From contig CAWJKZ010000014.1 in assembly GCA_963843575.1 (NCBI GenBank), forward strand, positions 128,001-192,000: a DNA stretch of 64,000 nucleotides, given 5' to 3'. A model generated the notes under the pieces. The model did no database searches. It had not been told where the DNA came from and saw nothing but the letters and a program-made list of their open reading frames with translations. The stretch's first letter is position 1. Each line of letters opens with the position of its first letter. Shown here in pieces: positions 39,838-48,313 of the stretch. The position numbers and the translations under genes are program-made. This stretch comes from an uncultured Acidobacteriota bacterium (GTDB taxonomy: Bacteria; Acidobacteriota; UBA6911).

Positions 39838-41031
39838 ATGCACAAAATCCTGGCGGTCGTCGGAGCCCGTCCCCAGTTTGTGAAGGCAGCCGCGGTGTCC
39901 CGCGCCTTCGCCCGGCACAACTCTTCCCGCGGAGGCGATGAACTCCTGCAGCACCTCATCGTGCATACCGGCCAGCACTATGACGACAACCTTTCCCAGG
40001 TCTTCTTCGACGAACTCGAGATCCCCCCGCCCGCCTGCAACTTGGGTATCGGCTCGCAATCGCACGGAGCCCAGACCGGTGCGATGCTGAAGGAAATCGA
40101 GGCGCTGCTCTCGTCCCAGAAGCCCCGGGTGGTCCTCACCTACGGGGACACCAACTCGACCCTCGCCGCCACGTTGGCCGCCGTCAAGCTGCACATCCCG
40201 GCGGCCCACGTGGAGGCGGGGCTGAGGAGCTTCAACCGCGACATGCCGGAGGAAATCAATCGCGTCGTGGCCGACGAGCTCTCAAGCCTGCTCTTCTGCC
40301 CCACGCCGGCCGCAGTCGCCAACCTGAAGGCGGAGGGGATACCTCCGCGCCGTCAGGTGCCCGCGGGCCCGCTCGGCCTTCAGGGCCAGCAGGTTTTTCT
40401 CGTCGGCGACGTGATGTACGACGCGCTCCTGTTCTATCGTTCACTCTCGGAACGTCGATCCACGATCCTCGGCGCGCTCGGTCTCGAACCGGCCCGGTAC
40501 TGTCTCGCGACGCTGCACCGGGCGGAGAACACCGACGATCCCACCCGGCTTTACACCATCTTGCACACGCTCGGCACCATCGCAGCTACGAGACTCCCCG
40601 TGGTGCTTCCCCTGCACCCGCGCACCCGGAAATTCCTGCACGGGCTCAGCCTCCAACCCGGAGCCCAGGCCTTCGAGGCGATCCGGTTCATCGACCCGGT
40701 GGGCTACCTCGACATGATCCAGCTCGAAAATGCCGCCCGCGTGATCTTGACTGACTCGGGGGGTGTGCAGAAAGAGTCTCACCTGCTCGGCGTGCCCTGC
40801 ATCACCCTGCGGGAAGAGACCGAATGGGTTGAGAGCGTCGAGACCGGATGGAACACCCTTGCCGGTGCGAACCACGAGAGGATCATGGCGGCCTTTAACG
40901 CCGCTACCGCCTGGCGCGGGGAGGGCGTGCCGTTCCCCACGGGCGCCACCGGTGCGGCGACGGTCGCGGGATTGTACGGCGACGGGAAAGCTGCATCGAA
41001 AATCGTTTCCATCATCTCCGAATGTATCTAA
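39838..41031 (+). CDS. UDP-N-acetylglucosamine 2-epimerase family (WbpI/WecB-like)
   Basis: VVGARPQFVK, HTGQHYD, YGDTNST, HVEAGLRS, TDSGGVQKE, ETEWVE. Confidence 0.9.
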   Translation: MHKILAVVGARPQFVKAAAVSRAFARHNSSRGGDELLQHLIVHTGQHYDDNLSQVFFDELEIPPPACNLGIGSQSHGAQTGAMLKEIEALLSSQKPRVVLTYGDTNSTLAATLAAVKLHIPAAHVEAGLRSFNRDMPEEINRVVADELSSLLFCPTPAAVANLKAEGIPPRRQVPAGPLGLQGQQVFLVGDVMYDALLFYRSLSERRSTILGALGLEPARYCLATLHRAENTDDPTRLYTILHTLGTIAATRLPVVLPLHPRTRKFLHGLSLQPGAQAFEAIRFIDPVGYLDMIQLENAARVILTDSGGVQKESHLLGVPCITLREETEWVESVETGWNTLAGANHERIMAAFNAATAWRGEGVPFPTGATGAATVAGLYGDGKAASKIVSIISECI

Positions 41032-41228
41032 TCGGCGGAAGAAAACGTGCGGTGAAGCCGGGGGTGACGGGGCGGGCCCAGATCAAGTACGGGTACGGCA
41101 ATTCCGTGCGCGACGCCGTCGAGAAACTCCAGTACGCCCTCTCTTACATCAAGCACATGCCGGCGTTTCTCGACTTCCTGGTCGCCTTCGAAATCATCAA
41201 GACCGTGCTGTTCCGCCGGGGGTCCTGA
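41022..41228 (+). pseudogene. C-terminal remnant of a polyprenyl glycosylphosphotransferase (bacterial sugar transferase)
   Basis: VKPGVTG.AQIKYGYGNSV.DAVEKLQY.LSYIKH...LDF...IKTVLF matches only the last ~55 aa of the family. Conserved W and D appear replaced, and there is no room for the N-terminus. Confidence 0.75.
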
Positions 41229-41265
41229 CGGGTCACCCCGCTTTCGGAGGCGACACCGGGAACCG

Positions 41266-43338
41266 CTAGGGTTTGAACTGCCGCATCAGGGCGCGGGCAC
41301 CGTCGGAAGTCGCGCTCAGGACCGCCTCCGTCAGGGCGGCCGTCGGGTTGGCGGATCCGCGGCTCTTTGCCTGGCCGCTGCCCGTGGCCGCAACCGCGCC
41401 GTCGGACATCCTCACAAGTTCGAAGGTCACCTCGGCCCGTCCGGCGGTAAAGGTGTTGCCATAGGCGTTCTGGGACTCGAGCGAGCCGTGTGCCGTTCCC
41501 ATGATCACGTAGCCTATGCCGCTGCGACGGATTTCGGCGAAATCGCGGCGATCGAGCGCGGAACGGACGTTGGCAGTCACCATGCCGGACGAAACCACCT
41601 GCAACCCGTTTTCGCGGACGATGTCGGCGACCCTTGCCTGGGCTGCGCCCAGGGGCAGGCGTTCGCCGGCCTGATCGGAGTCCAGGAAAATGAGGACCCC
41701 TTCCGGTGCGGTCGGCTCGGCTTGCACGGGGGTGCCTGCGCCTTTTGCCGCTGCCAATGTTCTGGGGTTGGCGGCAGATGGCCGCAGCTGAACCGCCGCG
41801 GCAGGTTCACCGGGCCGGCTGCGGGGAGCCGCCGGCAGTCTTGCGCCGAGCGCCTGGCCCGGAGCTTGCTGGGGTGAAACCCTGCCGGGAGCCGCGGGCG
41901 AGTTCGGCAGCGCCGCGGGGACTCCTCTCGCCCCTGACGGCGCAGGCTCTGCCGTCGCCTGCGGGGGCTGAGCAGTCGTGGCCGCCGGCGTCAAGGTGGC
42001 CGCCGGTTCGGCGGGAGGGGAGCCGGCTTCCGCGGGTTGCCCGGTCGGGGCAGCTATCCCCTGTGTGGTGGGCTCGGACGGGAAGGCCGTCCCGGCCGCG
42101 GCCTGCATCGGTTCAGAAGCGGCGGCGGGTTCGGCGACCGATGCGGTTTCGGGGGCCTTGTGCATGCGGTTCAGGACGAGATACGCTCCGAGTGCCCCGA
42201 TGAGCACCACCGCGAGGATAGCCCCGATGAATACGAGTCCCTTTCGGGCCGGCGCCGGCGTGCCCTGTGCGGCCAGCTGGCGCCGAAACTCCGTCGGTAT
42301 CGGCGGCGTCGCCGTAAAGGCCTGGGTTGCGGCTGGCACAGGAGTCGCGACCGCAGCGGGCGGAGAAGCCGGGCCCGGAGGACTCAACGGCGCGATGGCC
42401 GGAGCGGTCTGGCGATCCAGCACCGTCGCTTTTTCGGGGGTGGGTAGAATCTGTGCGCCCGCGGGCGCCGCCAGCCACTGGGCCAGCACTTTTCGGGTGT
42501 AGAGCTGACCGCGGCCGGCGGCTCGTTCCTGCTCCTCGAAAGCATCCATGGCGGCCAGGACTTCGTCCGCCGTTTGATACCGTTCCGCCGCGTCCTTGGA
42601 CAGGCAACGGAGGACAATCTGCTCGAGGGCCAACGGGATGTTGGGAAGGAGCTGCGTTGGCGGTATCGGGGGAGTCTGGACGTGGTGAATCATGATCTGG
42701 AAATCACTCTCGTCCTTGAATGGCACCCGGCCGGTCAGCAGTTCGAACAGAATGACCCCGAAAGAGTACAGATCCGAACGAGCGTCGACCGTCTCTCCTC
42801 GCACCTGCTCGGGGGACATGTAGAAGACAGTACCGACCAACGCGCCGGTCGCGGTGAGGCTTTTGGCCCCGTGGACCTTGGCGATGCCGAAGTCCATCAC
42901 CTTCGCAAGCCCGTCGGGGGTCAGCATGATGTTGGAGGGCTTAAGATCGCGATGCACGATGCCCCTGCGGTGGGCGGCGGAGAGGCCGTCGAGGACCTGC
43001 TTCGCGATGCCGACCACGACGTGGGGGGCCAGCGCCCCGGTGGAGCGCACCAAGTCCGCAATGGTTCTCCCATCCACGTATTCCATGACCATGTAGTAGG
43101 AGTTACCGATGGGTTCGAACTTGAAAAGGGAGACGATGTTGGGGTGGTTCAAGCTGGCCTGGACCTTGGCTTCCGCTTCGAACCGCTCGAGTTCCTTTCC
43201 CCCGGTGAGAGAGGGATTGAGGACCTTGATCGCCACCTTGCGTCCCAGCGTCGTGTCCTCGGCCTCGTAGACGGTGCCCATGCCGCCCTGGCCGAGCTTC
43301 CCAGTGATCCTGTGATTACCGATCGTCTCGCCGATCAT
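41266..43338 (-). CDS. Hanks-type Ser/Thr protein kinase with TM helix, Pro/Ala linker and C-terminal alpha/beta periplasmic domain
   Basis: GQGGMGTVY, VAIK, HRDLKPSN, DFGIAK, YMSPEQ, DLYSFG; TM LVFIGAILAVVLIGALGAYL. Confidence 0.92.
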   Translation of the reverse strand: MIGETIGNHRITGKLGQGGMGTVYEAEDTTLGRKVAIKVLNPSLTGGKELERFEAEAKVQASLNHPNIVSLFKFEPIGNSYYMVMEYVDGRTIADLVRSTGALAPHVVVGIAKQVLDGLSAAHRRGIVHRDLKPSNIMLTPDGLAKVMDFGIAKVHGAKSLTATGALVGTVFYMSPEQVRGETVDARSDLYSFGVILFELLTGRVPFKDESDFQIMIHHVQTPPIPPTQLLPNIPLALEQIVLRCLSKDAAERYQTADEVLAAMDAFEEQERAAGRGQLYTRKVLAQWLAAPAGAQILPTPEKATVLDRQTAPAIAPLSPPGPASPPAAVATPVPAATQAFTATPPIPTEFRRQLAAQGTPAPARKGLVFIGAILAVVLIGALGAYLVLNRMHKAPETASVAEPAAASEPMQAAAGTAFPSEPTTQGIAAPTGQPAEAGSPPAEPAATLTPAATTAQPPQATAEPAPSGARGVPAALPNSPAAPGRVSPQQAPGQALGARLPAAPRSRPGEPAAAVQLRPSAANPRTLAAAKGAGTPVQAEPTAPEGVLIFLDSDQAGERLPLGAAQARVADIVRENGLQVVSSGMVTANVRSALDRRDFAEIRRSGIGYVIMGTAHGSLESQNAYGNTFTAGRAEVTFELVRMSDGAVAATGSGQAKSRGSANPTAALTEAVLSATSDGARALMRQFKP

Positions 43339-43500
43339 CGTCTCGCCCCCTCGATGTGTGTGGTATCGGCTGCAGTTTAGCAGAACCGTATGCAAAATGC
43401 TGTTCACCTGCGCGCCTTCGCGGCCATTCCGCGTTGCTGGTTACCGTCGGTAATCCCTGGGACACACAAGGAGCGATGCCGGTCCGGGTGGTGCGAGCAG

Positions 43501-44823
43501 TTAGAAGCTGTATTCGATTCCGATCAGGGGGGTGGCCCGGTCGCGCAGCCCCGCATCGTTGAGTTTGAAAAGAAGGTTGAAGTTGACGAGAAGCTTGCCG
43601 CCGATGTTTGTTTTTATGCCCGCGGCGCCGCTGAACTGGTTGAACGACCCGCGCACGAAAGCAAGATCAGGAAAACTTACGGTCCCGTTCGGCACGGCCT
43701 GCGTGAAGGTGCGCGCCACGACCCGCGGCGAATCAAAACTCCTTTGCCCGAGCACGTCGAGGGCGAGGGTTAGGCGTTCCGAGATGCCCACGTCGGCCCC
43801 CGCGACCCAGAGGAACAGGTTGGGCAGGTCCCCCTTTCGCCCGGTCGCCACATCTCCGGCCAGCACGCTCTTGCCGTTCCACTGATAGGAGCAATTGAAG
43901 TGGGGAGCAATGTGGCCGGCGAGCACCGAGAGAGCGGCAAACGGCTTCACCCCTGGCGCGCCCGAGCCGAGAAGATCCTCCGCATCGCCCGTGGGCGCCC
44001 GTGCGTCGACGCCGAGGGCGAGTCCGACCGGGCCGCGTTTCAGGGCGGTTGCCTTGGCCCGCACGATCACGTCACCCATCCCACTCGCACTGCCGGAGGC
44101 GAAAAACTGGCGCTGCGTACCGTATTGCCCCGGTGCTGCGGGATCCCTGAAGAAATGGATTCGCGGATCTTCGGCCGTCCCGAAGCGCTGAATGACGGCG
44201 TTGGACACCACACTGAGGCTGCTCCGGACGACGGGCACCGCTACCGAGATATCGAGGCGGTCGAGTACTCCGTAGGTGAGAAAGGCCGTGGTCTGGCCCA
44301 CGCTGGCGTTGATCGTGTTCTGGGTCGTGACCACGTCGACGCGGCCGCCCCCGAGTTGGTAGTCGTCGTGCCGGAAAACCGCCGGTATGCGGGACAATTC
44401 GAATCCCTCGATGGAGTCGAACGAGAAGTGCTGATAGTTCAGGCCAAATGAAATCCGTCCCTTGCCGATGGTCTCGGCGCGTTCGGCCAGGATGGGTCCG
44501 AAACTCTGGGTCGAACGCTTGAACGTGCCGGTCGACGTGTCGAAAACGTAGGTGAATCCCGAGGCCGGGGAGGGGAGCGGCAGAGACGTCAACTGCCCCA
44601 CCATGGCGACGTTGAATTGAAGGAATTCGGACTGAAATCCGCTGTTGAAGTGGCCCGAGTGGGTGGAGCCGTCGGGCAAAACCGCCTCGCTGTCCACCAC
44701 GAGCCCGTTGGGGCCGTACATGTCGCGGAAGAGGCGCGACAGTTTGGCCGTCCTCTGGGCGTAGGCGGGCGGATAGCCCGCCAGCAGGAACAAGACGAGC
44801 GTCAACAGCAGCCTCTGCGACAT
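43501..44823 (-). CDS. outer-membrane beta-barrel protein (MetA-pathway/'transporter'-like)
   Basis: Signal peptide, AERAETIGKG, GMGDVIVRAK, PTGD..DLLGSG, amphipathic strands, C-terminal IGIEYSF. Confidence 0.75.
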   Translation of the reverse strand: MSQRLLLTLVLFLLAGYPPAYAQRTAKLSRLFRDMYGPNGLVVDSEAVLPDGSTHSGHFNSGFQSEFLQFNVAMVGQLTSLPLPSPASGFTYVFDTSTGTFKRSTQSFGPILAERAETIGKGRISFGLNYQHFSFDSIEGFELSRIPAVFRHDDYQLGGGRVDVVTTQNTINASVGQTTAFLTYGVLDRLDISVAVPVVRSSLSVVSNAVIQRFGTAEDPRIHFFRDPAAPGQYGTQRQFFASGSASGMGDVIVRAKATALKRGPVGLALGVDARAPTGDAEDLLGSGAPGVKPFAALSVLAGHIAPHFNCSYQWNGKSVLAGDVATGRKGDLPNLFLWVAGADVGISERLTLALDVLGQRSFDSPRVVARTFTQAVPNGTVSFPDLAFVRGSFNQFSGAAGIKTNIGGKLLVNFNLLFKLNDAGLRDRATPLIGIEYSF

Positions 44824-44866
44824 GAACTGCCTCCGTGGTCAATGGTTGCGCCGCTTCCGTTCCTGC

Positions 44867-47226
44867 TCAGCGCAACGGATCAAAGCGTATTTTGTCCAGC
44901 AGCCAGGTGCCTGCGCCCTTGTGCATCGTGATAAAGGCCCGGTTGGCGGTTTCGAGTTTCTGACCGTCGAGCGTTTGGATCACATACACACGCCGTGCGG
45001 ACACGGTTGCGGAATCGCCCGAAATCCTGATGTCGGGTTCGACGAGCTGCACGCGGATCTCTCGGGCGTTCATGAACTCACTGCGCAGCGCTTCTTCCTG
45101 CTTGCCGCTCAATGTCGGCCATACGGTCTTCAGGGCAGCCATGTCTCTGGCCTGCAAGGCCGCGGCGTACTGCTGCAGCGAGGAGGATATGGCTTCGTGC
45201 TCCGACGTGGCGGACACAGGGGCCGGGGCGACCTCGGGGACAGCGGCGGGAGGTTTCGGCGCGTTCGCGAGGGCGGCGGAGACGGCCCGCTGCATCGACG
45301 CCGCGGCGGCGCCGAACTGGTCCTTCGCGGTGGTGTAGTCCTGGCGCTCGAAGGCAGCCTGGGCCTGCATCCCCAGGTTGAGCGCTTCCTGGAACTTCTG
45401 GGGTGCGCGCGCCGCCGCGTCGGCGTTTACCGCGCCCTGGCGCGCCTGGTCGAACGAGCGGCGGCCGAGCTCCGCCTCGGTGCGCAGCACGGCCGTCTGC
45501 CTGTCCTGTTCGGCTTGCCGCGCCCGTGCCTCGTTGCGGGCGTCTGCCTCCAGGGATGCACTCGTGTACAGGCCGCTCGTTTCGTACAGCTTAGCGGCCG
45601 CCTGCTCGAATTCGCGCCTCTCATAAAGACCGCGGGCTTCGAGCTCGGTCTTCTGCGCCGCCTCGTAAGATTTTACGGCCAGCTGGGGAGCCCCGGCTGC
45701 CTCTGCCCGCGACCTTGACTGAACCATCTGACGGAGCGCGTCCCCGGCAGCTTTCGCGGATGTTTCCTGATCGGGCGGCCTTGACGGTGCGTCGCCCGCT
45801 CGGGGACGGGATGACGTCCGGCCCCGGGCCACGGGCCGCGGCCTGGCTGGTCGTCGTACCGGGGTGTCGCGGTGAGGGCTGTGCGCCCGTCGATTCGGAA
45901 TCGGCAAAGGACGAGCGGGGCTGTACTTCTCCCGGCGCAGGGGCGGTGATCCCTCCGCTCCCGGGCTCCGGTTCCGGCCGCGGGGTGCCGGGGGGAGTCC
46001 GTGACGCACGGCGGTAGCGTTCGGGTGAACGGCTGTGGGAGAGGCGGCCGGCGACGGCAGGCTTGATCCCTGACCGCCCTGACTTTCCGCGGGCCCCCGG
46101 CGCAGCCACCAGATCGAGGACAGGGAAAGGACCAAGATCAGCGAGGCCCCTGCATACAGGATGGCCCTGCGCGGCGTGAGGGCCCTGGGACCCGTTCCCG
46201 ACACCTGGGCGTGGGAAGGCGATTCCGGCGCCTTGGAGCGCTCCAGCACGGGGGTGGGGGTAGTCGGCATCGTCCAGGCGGAATTGGCCCCATGCGTTTG
46301 CCCGGCGGGTGGTTCCTCCACCGGCTGTGGTTGGGGGATGGTCGGGGCTTCGAGCCAGGTGCCGTTCAACGACCACCCCGAGACCGCCGGACGCTCGCTC
46401 CCGCCGGCCCGGCCGCGGGAAGCGACGCGGCGACGCTCTCGAGGTCGCTCAGGAGTTCGTCGACGGTCTGGTAACGGTCTTGCACCTCCTTGGCCAGCGC
46501 GCGCATGACGATCGCGGCCAGACGGGGATCGATCGAGGCATCAAGTCGTTCCGGCGACTCAGGATCGGCTTGGAGTATTTTCATGATGGTCGCCGGAATC
46601 GAGTTCTCGTCGAAGGGACGGCGCAGCGTCAGCAGCTCGTAGGACAGGGCACCCACCGAAAATATGTCCCCCCGGTGATCGACGCGCTCGCCCCGCACCT
46701 GCTCCGGAGACATGTAGTTGGGTGTCCCGATCGGTGCGCCCGTGCGGGTGATGTCGCCGGCAACCAGGCGGGCCAGCCCGAAATCGAGGATCTTCACCTC
46801 CCCGGAGTTGGCCAGAAAGACATTGGCGGGTTTGATGTCCCGGTGTACGACCTGACGGCTGTGCGCGTGGCTCAGCCCCCGGCAGATGGCCTGCATGATT
46901 CGGAGCTTGCTGCCGAGCGACAAGGGTACCCGTTGCGTGATTTTCGCCTTGAGATCAGCGCCTTCCAGGTATTCCATCGCGAGGTAGGCTACGCCGTTGT
47001 CCTCGCCGATGTCGTAGATTGTGATGATGTTCGGATGGGACAAGCGCGCGGCCGAACGCCCCTCGCGAAAGAAGCGGGCCCTCAGTTCGGGTTCGGAGTC
47101 GAGGTGAGCGCTTATAGTCTTGAGAGCGACAACTCGTTCGAGCAGGGGATCCCGTGCCTTGTGGACGACTCCCATGCCACCCTGTCCCAGTTTCCCGAGG
47201 ATCAGGTATTTCCCTACCTTGTCCAA
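44867..47226 (-). CDS. Hanks-type Ser/Thr protein kinase with TM helix, helical region and NTF2-like C-terminus (frameshifts ~45700-46400)
   Basis: GQGGMGVV, VALK, HRDIKPAN, DFGLAR, YMSPEQ in ORF 46366-47295; TM and C-terminal domain in ORF 44867-46369. Confidence 0.85.
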
Positions 47227-47384
47227 GCGACCGCCCCGTTGCAGGCTTTCCGCGCCGCCACAGCCGGGACTTCGGAGCGAAACACCCCGAGGCACTCGTC
47301 GGACGCTGCTGCGAGTTTCGGTCTGATCTGCTGTTCGTGTCCCGAGCCGGGGTTTGGACCCGCCGACGCACTCAAGTGAGATCC

Positions 47385-47413
47385 ATTAAAGCACAAGCTC
47401 ATAAGGCGCTCAA
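47385..47413 (-). promoter_or_regulatory. putative sigma70 promoter for the kinase operon
   Basis: Minus strand TTGAGC, 17 nt, then TTTAAT preceded by TGn, in an AT-rich intergenic region. Confidence 0.45.
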
Positions 47414-47555
47414 TAGTCAATACTAGTGTTCTTGCGCTGGATCAAAGATGTACATCGACAGTGATATTGTCTTTCGATATTATAATGGCAAGACGCCAGC
47501 TGACGGCGAACCGCGAACACCGAACGCCGGCATCCCGGACGGAGGAGCCAACCGC

Positions 47556-48161
47556 ATGGCGGACCCCATAGGTATCCTGACAGGCGAGCACCGCATCATC
47601 GAGGACGTCCTTGGGGCGCTTGAGAACTTCATCGAGCACCTCGGCTCCCCGGGGGCGCAGGAACGGAGCGATGTCGCCGCCTTTGCCCGGTTCTTCCACG
47701 AATTCGTGGATCGGTGTCACCACGGGAAAGAGGAAAACTACCTCTTCGTGCGAATGAGTGCGTACGGTTTTTCCAGGGAGAACGGTCCGGTGTCGGCCAT
47801 GCTCTCGGAGAAGGACGAGGGGCGCGACCACCTCCTCGCGCTTGCGGCTATCGGCGCGGGCGAGGGGCCCTTGAGCGGGAGGGAGCAGTCCGACGTGCGC
47901 GGGCACGGGCTCGGGTATATCCTGCGGATCCGTCCACATGTGATGCGGGAGGAGGACATCCTCTTCCCGATGGTGGTGCACGCCCTGCCCAGGTTCGTTC
48001 TCGACGAACTCGGACGCGATTTCGAGACCTTCGACCGCTCTACGCTCCCGCCCGGGTTTCACGAAGAGCTGCGTCGTCTCTCGACGAGCCTGGTCGCCCG
48101 CTATTCCTCCAGACGCGGGGATTCCAGAGCCGAAAAGGACGCGACGCGGGCTCGGTTTTAG
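47556..48161 (+). CDS. hemerythrin/HHE-domain protein
   Basis: RBS GGAGG; EHRII, DRCHHGKEENYLF, GPV..ML, HVMREEDILFPM. Confidence 0.85.
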   Translation: MADPIGILTGEHRIIEDVLGALENFIEHLGSPGAQERSDVAAFARFFHEFVDRCHHGKEENYLFVRMSAYGFSRENGPVSAMLSEKDEGRDHLLALAAIGAGEGPLSGREQSDVRGHGLGYILRIRPHVMREEDILFPMVVHALPRFVLDELGRDFETFDRSTLPPGFHEELRRLSTSLVARYSSRRGDSRAEKDATRARF

Positions 48162-48313
48162 GCACCCGTCGGGAAGGGCCGCCAGGGGCTAGTTTTTTTG
48201 TTTCGCGGATTGCCGTTCATGGTATATTCCGCGCAAAGCCTCACGTATTGCGCCTGTTACAGGCGTGTTCCGATGGGGCTGAGGATCAACAGGTTCCAAG
48301 GAGAAGGATAAGA

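Noticed and set aside
25184-41228. Genomic island integrated at tRNA-Leu
   Set aside because: No integrase, no duplicated tRNA 3' end found, and no obvious GC shift.
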